Of a stretch of DNA of 64,000 nt, positions 50,314 through 58,175 are shown one piece after another (the stretch's first letter is position 1; the number at the start of each line of letters is the position of its first letter). A program made the position numbers and the translations under genes. Below the pieces are notes generated by a model. It was not told where the DNA came from and made no database searches. It saw nothing but the letters and a program-made list of their open reading frames with translations. Source of the DNA: a virus; the IMG/VR virus record IMGVR_UViG_3300024520_000050, positions 96,001 to 160,000 of that record, one strand, 5' to 3'.

Positions 50314-50537
50314 TAATAATCTATATCGATTAATACTTCTTCATTTTCTTCTGCTCCTAATTCAAATAATCTTACAGCAATTTCATCAATATCGTATTTT
50401 GAATTATCAAAATATTCTTTTGAGTTTGCTTCCCATGGTATATAACAACCACATCCTACTTCTCGAGTAATCTCTTTATATAATTCTTCATTAAAATCAC
50501 TACATGCTGAAAATACTTTTCTTGTAATTATCCTCAC
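50313..50537 (-). CDS. Hypothetical protein
   Basis: 74 aa with TAATG/ATGA overlaps. Confidence 0.55.
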   Translation of the reverse strand: MRIITRKVFSACSDFNEELYKEITREVGCGCYIPWEANSKEYFDNSKYDIDEIAVRLFELGAEENEEVLIDIDY

Positions 50538-50824
50538 TTTATTTTTATTTTCTGTGCCTTAACAGCTTGCATTTCCTTTTTAATAGATTTACATCTATCT
50601 TCAAAACCTTTTACTAAGTCTGTCATTGGTGTTGGTTCGTTTTCTTCTCTGTTAGCATCTGCATCAAATACAAAATCAGAACCAAAAGTTATAAATCCAC
50701 GTCCTTGGATTGGTGTACTTTCAGTTCTGATTTCATTAAACAGATTGTATTCTTCTTCAGTGATAGGGCATACTATCTTACCACCGTAGTAGAACTTATC
50801 TTTTACTCTTGTAATAATTATCAT
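50534..50824 (-). CDS. Hypothetical protein
   Basis: 96-aa ORF. Confidence 0.55.
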   Translation of the reverse strand: MIIITRVKDKFYYGGKIVCPITEEEYNLFNEIRTESTPIQGRGFITFGSDFVFDADANREENEPTPMTDLVKGFEDRCKSIKKEMQAVKAQKIKIK

Positions 50825-51287
50825 CGTTTCCTTTTGCGAATATTAATTCTAATACGTGTTTCTTTGGTATATAACATAATGATTTATGTTTCCTTGAACT
50901 AGAATGCGTACCACAATAACCTTCCTCAGATATGTATTTATTTAAATGTGAAAGATTTTTTGATTTTAACATGCCTTCAAGATCATTAAATGCCTTCCCT
51001 CCGTCATCTGTATAAAATGCAATTTCATACATCTCATCATCTTCACTAGCATGGAGCTTTGAATTATGACCTTCATAAAACATAGTACAGTTGATAGTAT
51101 TAAATACACCATTTATTTTCATACCATGTGAAAAGTATCTTGCATGACCATCAGCACCAGGATTTTGATCATGTCTTAAATCATCTAAATCTAAATCTAA
51201 TACTTTAATACCTTGACCTTCCATTAACTTAAAACATAAGTCTTGTTGATCATTAAGATATAACATTTCTAAATTTTCTTTCATCAT
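50796..51287 (-). CDS. Hypothetical protein
   Basis: 163-aa ORF. Confidence 0.6.
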   Translation of the reverse strand: MMKENLEMLYLNDQQDLCFKLMEGQGIKVLDLDLDDLRHDQNPGADGHARYFSHGMKINGVFNTINCTMFYEGHNSKLHASEDDEMYEIAFYTDDGGKAFNDLEGMLKSKNLSHLNKYISEEGYCGTHSSSRKHKSLCYIPKKHVLELIFAKGNDDNYYKSKR

Positions 51288-51988
51288 ATTTCAATTACGT
51301 GTTTACCTAATCCATCATAATAATTTAATGTCTTAGATTCTAAATATTTATCAAGTACGCCATCAATATGAGTATGACCCACATGTTGTGTATAACCTTC
51401 AATTTGATACTTATCAAGTTGACTAGGCCTTACCCAGAATATACCTGAATAAGGATCGTGTCCACCGTTAATCTTACCAATGTAATATAACTCATCCATT
51501 TGAGTACCATTGAGCAATTCACTCAATTCCATATTACCATCAAGTACATCTTGATATGCATCAGGATACCTCTCATTTAAAGCATCTGTAATAAATGTAG
51601 TTACACCAGCATGGGTAAATAAATGCACCTCATTGGTATCAGGATTTGTATATTGCCATGCATTTACATACATATCTTTGTGATGTTTCATCATTACATT
51701 AATACGTACAAAATATTCACTACTGAATCCACTACATTTTAATTTACTAACCCAATCGTTATAAAGATATTGCACATCATGATTTCCAAGTATTAATTCA
51801 ATCTTATCACCATATTTCTCTTTAATCTTAATGATCTTTTGAAATATACGAATTTGTGTTGATGGATGAATTGTGAATGAATCCCAATAATCGCCCCCAA
51901 ACACAACTTTATCGACTGCTTCTATTTCTTCATCCGTTGGAATGTAATTTGATTGCCCATGAGGGTCGAATATTGTTAGTATTTTCAT
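51284..51988 (-). CDS. Calcineurin-like metallophosphoesterase
   Basis: DPHG, GGDYWD, LGNHD, FTHAG and VGHT. Confidence 0.9.
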   Translation of the reverse strand: MKILTIFDPHGQSNYIPTDEEIEAVDKVVFGGDYWDSFTIHPSTQIRIFQKIIKIKEKYGDKIELILGNHDVQYLYNDWVSKLKCSGFSSEYFVRINVMMKHHKDMYVNAWQYTNPDTNEVHLFTHAGVTTFITDALNERYPDAYQDVLDGNMELSELLNGTQMDELYYIGKINGGHDPYSGIFWVRPSQLDKYQIEGYTQHVGHTHIDGVLDKYLESKTLNYYDGLGKHVIEI

Positions 51989-51992
51989 TGTT

Positions 51993-52403
51993 CTATTTTA
52001 AATTATACCATTTAATAAATTCAACTACACAGTAATAAACTGCTTCAAGTTTACTATTCATCTGTTTTGTGTATGTTTTTGTTGCCTCTGGACGATGCGG
52101 AAGATTCATAGATTCAGTGACTGTTTTACAACTTTCAATTAAATGTCGATCTCCAGAAGCATTTTGAACATTAATACCAGCGTATGTTTTCATCATTGAA
52201 AAAAAATGAACACATTCCATTGATTCAATTTTTTCAACTACTGGCATTATCCAATTCCATGAATTATGAAAGAATGTTTCTTCCAAATTTAATAACTCCG
52301 CTTCAACTTCCATTAAATCAGAATAATGAGTCTTCCAAACGTATTGTAAGTCTCCCATAAACTTAGCAATAAGTAAATTACTATCTTTTATTTCATCTTT
52401 CAT
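51993..52403 (-). CDS. Hypothetical protein (Bacteroidota-phage type)
   Basis: LIAKFMG...FHNSWNWIMPVVEKIE...VVEFIKWYN. Confidence 0.65.
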   Translation of the reverse strand: MKDEIKDSNLLIAKFMGDLQYVWKTHYSDLMEVEAELLNLEETFFHNSWNWIMPVVEKIESMECVHFFSMMKTYAGINVQNASGDRHLIESCKTVTESMNLPHRPEATKTYTKQMNSKLEAVYYCVVEFIKWYNLK

Positions 52404-52804
52404 TACTCTTCTATTTTTAAAATTTCTTCAATTTGTTCTTGAGATAACTCACCATCACCAAAATCTTCACAAGGTATAGCTGATGTACATGTTAATTTAC
52501 CATCAACCAACTCAATAATTATTCGTGTTGGATCTTGCCAATCTCCTCCTGCATCAAATTCAATTAGATCATCAGTTAGTCGAATGAATTCAACATTTTC
52601 CAAATCTACATCTTCTAAATTACCACCATGTTCTACTTCAGGCCAATTGTCCATACCATTAGTATTTTCTTCTAACCAGTCACATAATAATTGACTTGGC
52701 GTATCTTCTTCAGGATCATACGGATACCAACCCCAAGTACGCTCATTGATTTCTTTATCATTATTCATCCTTACAAGAATATAACTCTTAATTAATTCTA
52801 TCAT
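52403..52804 (-). CDS. Hypothetical acidic protein
   Basis: 133-aa ORF. Confidence 0.6.
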   Translation of the reverse strand: MIELIKSYILVRMNNDKEINERTWGWYPYDPEEDTPSQLLCDWLEENTNGMDNWPEVEHGGNLEDVDLENVEFIRLTDDLIEFDAGGDWQDPTRIIIELVDGKLTCTSAIPCEDFGDGELSQEQIEEILKIEE

Positions 52805-52813
52805 AATATTTAT

Positions 52814-53065
52814 TTATGTTGCTAATATTGCAAATCGTCCATGTTTTTTAATCTCTTCACCATAAGTCTCAACTAACCATTTATTGGTTTTTGTCCATGA
52901 TTCATCGCCATATTCAATCCATGCTATGGAATGACTATAATGAGTAGTTACATCATGTTCTTGCATTTCTTGTTCTACATCTTCATTCCAATCACATGCA
53001 TCAAGAAGTACTATAAATTCTATTTCTTGTTTTTTACCTTTACTCATCTTATTCACTTTTACCAA
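52814..53065 (-). CDS. Hypothetical protein
   Basis: 83-aa ORF. Confidence 0.55.
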   Translation of the reverse strand: MVKVNKMSKGKKQEIEFIVLLDACDWNEDVEQEMQEHDVTTHYSHSIAWIEYGDESWTKTNKWLVETYGEEIKKHGRFAILAT

Positions 53066-53276
53066 CCCAATCAGGTGGACATATAACTTCTAATTGTTCT
53101 ATTTTACCTTGTATAATATCATCAATACGATCTTGCATTTCTCTATACTTATTATACTCGTCCCACATAGGATCATTTGGTTGTGCTGCTTCCATATTCA
53201 TGTTAGCTCTCATAAACCCTAAAGCTTTTGATGTAGTGAATAACTCCTGTAATGGAGTGTTTTCATTAATTGTCAT
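53049..53276 (-). CDS. Hypothetical protein
   Basis: 75-aa ORF. Confidence 0.55.
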   Translation of the reverse strand: MTINENTPLQELFTTSKALGFMRANMNMEAAQPNDPMWDEYNKYREMQDRIDDIIQGKIEQLEVICPPDWVGKSE

Positions 53277-53521
53277 TTGTATTCTTTACTTACTTTTGCT
53301 AAAATTTGTTTTATTCCAAGTAACTTAAATGCAGTTACTCTATGTCTTCCATCTTTAATCATATAAACTCCATTCTCATTCAACTTAACTCGAATTGGAG
53401 GTAATCCTTCAATTCCATGTTCTCTAATAAAATCAATTAAAGATAATGTAGATGGATTCAATGGATATCTATCCACTTTAATATTACCAATATTAATTAA
53501 CTTTTCAATCGTTTTCATCAA
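53273..53521 (-). CDS. Stand-alone ParB/Sulfiredoxin-like domain protein
   Basis: LPPIRV....Y.IKDGRHRV.A..LLG...I. Confidence 0.75.
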   Translation of the reverse strand: MMKTIEKLINIGNIKVDRYPLNPSTLSLIDFIREHGIEGLPPIRVKLNENGVYMIKDGRHRVTAFKLLGIKQILAKVSKEYK

Positions 53522-53786
53522 TTAAATGATCTGATAATTTCTTCTTTTTATTTCTTCTCTTGTCATTCTTTATCTCCAACATTTCCCAAAAAACAGTAAA
53601 TCCTACAGCTATATTACTATATCCTATATGTATCCATTTTTCTAAGATCATCAGAATATGATGATTCACCACATCATAGTACATGCAAATATCCATTGCA
53701 CATACTACTATTACCATAAAGAATAACATGAAAATTATCAAAGAGAAAAGGTTTAAAAAAATTAAGTTAGGTAAATCAATACTCAA
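53505..53786 (-). CDS. Putative membrane protein
   Basis: Two hydrophobic stretches and a basic C-terminus. Confidence 0.5.
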   Translation of the reverse strand: MSIDLPNLIFLNLFSLIIFMLFFMVIVVCAMDICMYYDVVNHHILMILEKWIHIGYSNIAVGFTVFWEMLEIKNDKRRNKKKKLSDHLIDEND

Positions 53787-54099
53787 CTATCATCTTATCG
53801 CAATAGTCATTACACCATGCAATAAATTGTTTACGAGGATAACTATCCTCATTTCCTTCTGTAAAAGGAATAAGTGTTATATTATAAGATGGATTCTTTT
53901 GTGCACGATGTGTGCTAATTCCACGACCTTTCTTCTTTCTAAATTGGTCTGCTAGACTACACGCTGCAATACCAATATGGACTACATTATTCTCATGTAG
54001 TATTCCTGTAATTGATACTCTACGTTGTTCTTCATTCCCTTTATGGTTTACAAAAGTCTTGTGTCCATAAAAATGAAATTTTTCATCATTGTTTGACAT
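53776..54099 (-). CDS. Hypothetical phage protein
   Basis: GIAACS..DQF.KKKGR.IS..RA pattern. Confidence 0.65.
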   Translation of the reverse strand: MSNNDEKFHFYGHKTFVNHKGNEEQRRVSITGILHENNVVHIGIAACSLADQFRKKKGRGISTHRAQKNPSYNITLIPFTEGNEDSYPRKQFIAWCNDYCDKMIVEY

Positions 54100-54119
54100 G
54101 ATTTTATATTTAATGTTTA

Positions 54120-54155
54120 AAAAATAAAAGAGCGATAGAATTAACTATCACTCTT
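54120..54155 (-). terminator. Intrinsic terminator after tRNA-Met
   Basis: AAGAGUGAUAG/CUAUCGCUCUU stem followed by UUUUAUUUU. Confidence 0.7.
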
Positions 54156-54164
54156 ATTGTATTG

Positions 54165-54237
54165 TCGCAGGAGAGAGACTCGAACTCTCGATTTTCGGCT
54201 TATGAAACCGGCGATTTAACCACTAATCTATCCTGCA
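54165..54237 (-). tRNA. tRNA-Met(CAT), initiator-like
   Basis: Cloverleaf with loop UUCAUAA, U1.G72, A11-U24 and G29-C41/G30-C40/U31.G39. Confidence 0.85.
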
Positions 54238-54249
54238 AGATCCGTAAAT

Positions 54250-54394
54250 AAGGAGAGTTTTAATAGAAACAACTATGGTGTGTTCCGCACTGTGCTCACC
54301 TTCTCAGGGTAATACTTATTTACTAGCTTAATTTATACCTCTAAGCGGACTATTGTACTTATTACTTAGACTTTTAGTTTAAACAAATCTCCTT
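54250..54394 (-). ncRNA. Unclassified structured RNA candidate
   Basis: Closing stem AAGGAGA/UCUCCUU enclosing hairpins UCUAAG/CUUAGA, GGUA/UACC and GGUG/CACC; fills the inter-tRNA gap. Confidence 0.4.
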
Positions 54395-54411
54395 TGATAA
54401 ATTAAACTTTG

Positions 54412-54487
54412 TCGTAAAGGTTGGACTCAAACCAACAATCTCATCCATTATGTTGAGGATGTGCCTTTTCCAGCAGACTACTTTACA
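54412..54487 (-). tRNA. tRNA-like gene with 10-nt anticodon loop (possible pseudo-tRNA-Met)
   Basis: Intact acceptor, D, anticodon (CAUCC/GGAUG) and T stems; loop UCAACAUAAU; T-loop UUUGAGU. Confidence 0.65.
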
Positions 54488-54494
54488 ATTTCAG

Positions 54495-54568
54495 GGTGCT
54501 CATTGAGAATTGAACTCAAATTTCATGAACCACAATCATGTGTCCTAGCCATTTGGACGATGAGTACC
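54495..54568 (-). tRNA. tRNA-His(GTG) with encoded G-1
   Basis: CAUGA-UUGUGGU-UCAUG; G-1 opposite C73. Confidence 0.9.
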
Positions 54569-54588
54569 ATTTAAACTTTTGTATTATA

Positions 54589-55311
54589 TTATAATTTAGA
54601 ATTTAATCCTAAAGTTTTTATCCATTTTCTAATTGCATTGTCAGAAACATTATATAGTTTACCAGTTTTAACATAACCAAGTGCTTTAATTTGATTAATT
54701 AATGTTATTGGATCAGGCAAGCTTTTAATGTACTCTTGTCTTTTAAACGTCACACTACAGGGTTTGCATCTTCTTGATGATCTATAAATTTCTATATTGC
54801 AATCTATACATCCCCTAGTGATCTTTTTAATCTTCTTTTTGATTTTTGTATTCTTATGATTTTTACCACAGTAACTATCAGTTTGAGCATGACAATTAGC
54901 GCAAAGTATTTGAAGATTCTCTATTCGATTATCATTATTAACTCCATTAATATGATGTAATTCTAAAGGAGCTGGTTTTCCAAACCACTCACTTAAATTA
55001 CAGTTTTCGCATTGTTTTTGTTTGAAATCTTCTTTAAACAATCTCCTTTTTAAATTTGTTCTAGAACAAGTACTATTTTTAACAAGATATACTTCTATTG
55101 GCTTCTTAATAGAGTTAGTGTTCGTGCCTCCCTTATTCCAACTTTGACCTTTAAAATGAGAAGTATTTAAACTATGTTCTTTAATTTTGTTATGAATTAG
55201 CTCATAACTACTTCCACTGAGTGTCATTCCTAATATCCTACACACTTGAGCAAGTGATATACTATTACTAATTGCGTTTTCAATTTCTTTTTTTGTAAAT
55301 TTATATTTCAT
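54589..55311 (-). CDS. Free-standing HNH homing endonuclease in tRNA array
   Basis: CENC...LELHHINGVNNDNRIENLQILCANCH. Confidence 0.9.
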   Translation of the reverse strand: MKYKFTKKEIENAISNSISLAQVCRILGMTLSGSSYELIHNKIKEHSLNTSHFKGQSWNKGGTNTNSIKKPIEVYLVKNSTCSRTNLKRRLFKEDFKQKQCENCNLSEWFGKPAPLELHHINGVNNDNRIENLQILCANCHAQTDSYCGKNHKNTKIKKKIKKITRGCIDCNIEIYRSSRRCKPCSVTFKRQEYIKSLPDPITLINQIKALGYVKTGKLYNVSDNAIRKWIKTLGLNSKL

Positions 55312-55316
55312 AATTA

Positions 55317-55324
55317 CAAATATA
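55317..55324 (-). promoter_or_regulatory. Bacteroidota-type -7 promoter element TATATTTG of the HNH gene
   Basis: TAnnTTTG ending 5 nt before the ATG at 55311. Confidence 0.55.
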
Positions 55325-55338
55325 ATGAATATAAATTA

Positions 55339-55384
55339 AAAAGGTAGAGTAATGAATACAAACTTGCAATCAACTCTACCTTTT
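55339..55384 (-). terminator. Hairpin/terminator after tRNA-Leu(TAG)
   Basis: 12-bp inverted repeat AAAAGGTAGAGT/ACTCTACCTTTT. Confidence 0.6.
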
Positions 55385-55385
55385 G

Positions 55386-55459
55386 TATCTCTAGTAAGAT
55401 TCGAACTTACACTGAATATGGTCTAAACATATTGCCTCTACCAATTGGGCTATAGAGAT
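55386..55459 (-). tRNA. tRNA-Leu(TAG), short variable region
   Basis: AUAUG-UUUAGAC-CAUAU; A73; 5-nt variable loop. Confidence 0.85.
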
Positions 55460-55477
55460 ATTCCTACCATTATAAGA

Positions 55478-55885
55478 TTACTTATCTTCTATGTCAAGTG
55501 AATAAATACCACTTAATTTATTTGGATCTAATGTCCAATTAGTACTAACTGATGTACTATTCATTATAGCTTTGCCATCTGTAATGTCATGAGAAACAAG
55601 ATTATCGCTACTATTAATAATATGAGTAGCTGGACTTCCAAAATTAAAATCACTATAATCATTACCATAATTAGTATAACCTGGAGAACCATACCACCAT
55701 CTATCCCAATTATGTGGAACATAAAATGGTCGTGTCCAATTAACTTTTTTAATCTTTGTATTAGGTAATAATTCCCAATCTTTCCAATCTGGTAGAATGC
55801 GTTTTATAGTTTTAATAAACATTGCTAAATTGCAAGCTTCGGGTAATAAGATTGTATTATTATCATAATCTAATTGTATTTTCAT
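55478..55885 (-). CDS. Hypothetical protein
   Basis: MKIQLD..N.TI...L.DWK.W pattern. Confidence 0.65.
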   Translation of the reverse strand: MKIQLDYDNNTILLPEACNLAMFIKTIKRILPDWKDWELLPNTKIKKVNWTRPFYVPHNWDRWWYGSPGYTNYGNDYSDFNFGSPATHIINSSDNLVSHDITDGKAIMNSTSVSTNWTLDPNKLSGIYSLDIEDK

Positions 55886-55906
55886 TTGTTAGTTGTTAGG
55901 TATTAA

Positions 55907-55986
55907 AATGATTGTAGACCGGTGACACTTGGTTAAAACTTTAGTAAGTCTGTGGGCGGTATTATTCCCATCTTATAACAATCATT
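55907..55986 (-). ncRNA. Unclassified three-way-junction RNA candidate
   Basis: 9-bp closing stem AAUGAUUGU/ACAAUCAUU with inner UGGG/CCCA and AGAC/GUCU stems. Confidence 0.45.
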
Positions 55987-56004
55987 GTATTTTAATTATA
56001 TTAG

Positions 56005-56077
56005 AGCCTCCGGAGGAATTTGAATCCACAACTTTTACCTTACAAGGGTAACGCTCTACCAGTTGAGCTACGGAGGC
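56005..56077 (-). tRNA. tRNA-Thr(TGT)
   Basis: UUACC-CUUGUAA-GGUAA; GCCUCCG/CGGAGGC. Confidence 0.92.
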
Positions 56078-56253
56078 TTTTATTATTAAGTTTAAAAAAG
56101 GGATAAACTCCCCACAACTCTTTTTTATATGTCTTGTTGTAAACAAGTGCAGACATCTCATACTTCGTGCAAAACGCTTCGCTTTAAAGATAAGACATAA
56201 AATTAAGTAACATGTAACAAAAACTTTATTAGTCTTTATTACATGTTTGTATA

Positions 56254-57102
56254 TTATAGTAATGAATTAATGATCTCTGATCTAGAAAATATAGGAGTTT
56301 CCACAACTTCCCACTTACTTCTAATTTTTACTACATCCTTAAAGTACACAGTTGTAGGATTAACTTGCCAATCTCCATTCTCTAATTGAAAAGCTTCATT
56401 ATTCACCTTATCATCCACATATTGATTCTTTACAATCAAACTACCTCTCTTCTTAGAAAAATGCAAGTCATTCCAATTATGTCCTTTCTGAAAACACATT
56501 TCTTGCATATCAGAACCATTCTTTAAATGTAATTCTTTATGTGAATATAATGATTGTGCTAACATAGCAATACTGTTCTTCTCTGCATCACGTTGACGTG
56601 CTACAAAATAGTTATTTATATCACTTTGTGGTATTGAAAATGCACGTGAATCGAAGTTCGCTAATTTTGGTAAATATGTTTGTTGAACTAATGAAGTTTG
56701 AAGTTCAATGATTTCTGGTTCTTCAGCAAAGCATTTTAAAAACCTCAACTGATTAAATATACCAGTAGCTAAACTAGCACTTACACTAGTCATCTTCTGA
56801 ACATTATAATTAAACCATGCTTCAGTAGTTAACTTATCATAATCAGTAATTAAAATACTAATTTCATCTGATTGTGTATAAGCAGCTTTAGCTCCTTGAA
56901 TGTTTTCACATAAATAAATAGCGGTTTTCTGCATATCTTCAATTAAACCCTCATCAAAAGGTTTATTTAATCCTTTAGTATAAGAACTAAATTTTTTTCC
57001 ATCAATACGACAGATAACTGGAACATGTCTAGATAAATAATAACGATTTCTATTTTCGTAATATTCTTTCATTCTAGTCATTATAGGGCATTTTCTACTC
57101 AT
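56254..57102 (-). CDS. Thg1-like 3'-5' nucleotidyltransferase (TLP)
   Basis: ICRIDGKKF, AYTQSDEIS, QKMTSVSAS, FDSRAF and RQRDAEKNS. Confidence 0.95.
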   Translation of the reverse strand: MSRKCPIMTRMKEYYENRNRYYLSRHVPVICRIDGKKFSSYTKGLNKPFDEGLIEDMQKTAIYLCENIQGAKAAYTQSDEISILITDYDKLTTEAWFNYNVQKMTSVSASLATGIFNQLRFLKCFAEEPEIIELQTSLVQQTYLPKLANFDSRAFSIPQSDINNYFVARQRDAEKNSIAMLAQSLYSHKELHLKNGSDMQEMCFQKGHNWNDLHFSKKRGSLIVKNQYVDDKVNNEAFQLENGDWQVNPTTVYFKDVVKIRSKWEVVETPIFSRSEIINSLL

Positions 57103-57107
57103 AATAA

Positions 57108-58043
57108 TTATTTTTTAAATTTCCAAATAAAATTTTTATATTTCTTTCTTTCTCCTCTACAACATTTTGATATTGCAGATGCATTAAAATTTAACTGTTT
57201 CTTAATTTCTTGTCCACTGTTCCATGTTTTTATTAAATTATTATTAAGATCGTACTGACATATTACTTTCTTCATATCCTTCGGAATGTATAAATTTGAT
57301 TTCCTTAGATGATTCTTAATAGAATTTATAGCAACATTATATTTTTTAAATAATGCATATGCAGATTCCCCATTAACATAGTCTTGTTGTATTATTGTAA
57401 ATAATTTTTCAGATGTAAATACAGGTTGCTTATTTATATAAGGTGAATAATCCCATTTATACGCATAACAACTTGGATAATTATTTCCAATATATTCTAA
57501 AAATGTTTTAGATTCTCTTTTACGTATTCTAATATAAGGTAGATTATTCTCATTATAATTAATTCTAGCTTTGAATTGAATAAGTTGATTACATAAAAAT
57601 TGATTATCATTTACAGTAAAGCAATAAGTTGCTAATTTTATATCTTCACTTCTTTTATTTCTAGAATTTCTTAGTAAACAACCATCCCCAATATACCAAT
57701 ATAAGCAATGTATTTTATTTAATACTAGACATAATGGTATTATTTTTATTCTATTAATATACCACAAGTGGTATATTTTTGTAAATTCAGGAAGAGATCT
57801 TGTTCGGAATACATAACTAGTGTAAGTTTTATTAGTTCTTTTATCGTACACTTTTCTTTTTAAAGGTCCAAGTTCATATACTGTTCCTTTTGCAAATTCT
57901 AAAAAATTAGAACTAACAAATTCACAATGTTCTTTTTGAGATGAAGTGTAAGAAAAGTATGCATTTTTAGCTTTCTTAGCTTTGATAATACAACCATCTC
58001 CCAATAAACATCCTTCTAGTATCTCTTTTTGTTTTTGATTCAT
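57108..58043 (-). CDS. Free-standing LAGLIDADG homing endonuclease with C-terminal NUMOD1 DNA-binding domain
   Basis: GCLLGDG and YWYIGDG; C-terminal QYDL.NNLIK.W.S...ISKCCRG..K.YKNFIW. Confidence 0.88.
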   Translation of the reverse strand: MNQKQKEILEGCLLGDGCIIKAKKAKNAYFSYTSSQKEHCEFVSSNFLEFAKGTVYELGPLKRKVYDKRTNKTYTSYVFRTRSLPEFTKIYHLWYINRIKIIPLCLVLNKIHCLYWYIGDGCLLRNSRNKRSEDIKLATYCFTVNDNQFLCNQLIQFKARINYNENNLPYIRIRKRESKTFLEYIGNNYPSCYAYKWDYSPYINKQPVFTSEKLFTIIQQDYVNGESAYALFKKYNVAINSIKNHLRKSNLYIPKDMKKVICQYDLNNNLIKTWNSGQEIKKQLNFNASAISKCCRGERKKYKNFIWKFKK

Positions 58044-58124
58044 TTTAATATGTATAATTAGTATAGTATGAATGACTTTCCATAAATATACACATTATAT
58101 ATTAATTATACGAATCAAACAATA

Positions 58125-58175
58125 TTAATCATAGTTCTCTTTCATGCGTTGCATGATTGGACAATTCTTACTCAT
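58125..58175 (-). pseudogene. 16-codon remnant duplicate of the Thg1 N-terminus
   Basis: MSKNCPIMQRMKENYD* versus Thg1 MSRKCPIMTRMKEYYE (11/16 identical); its ATG overlaps the radical SAM stop. Confidence 0.8.

Noticed and set aside
56128-56247. Inverted repeats TATGTCTT/AAGACATA and ACATGTAA/TTACATGT downstream of Thg1
   Set aside because: These are short AT-rich pairings with no tRNA T-arm or consistent fold, so they could be chance or a simple terminator/processing signal.
57103-58124. Group I intron around the second LAGLIDADG gene
   Set aside because: There are only 5 nt between the endonuclease stop and the Thg1 start, and the upstream gap is an AT-rich promoter-like stretch with no P7 or catalytic core.
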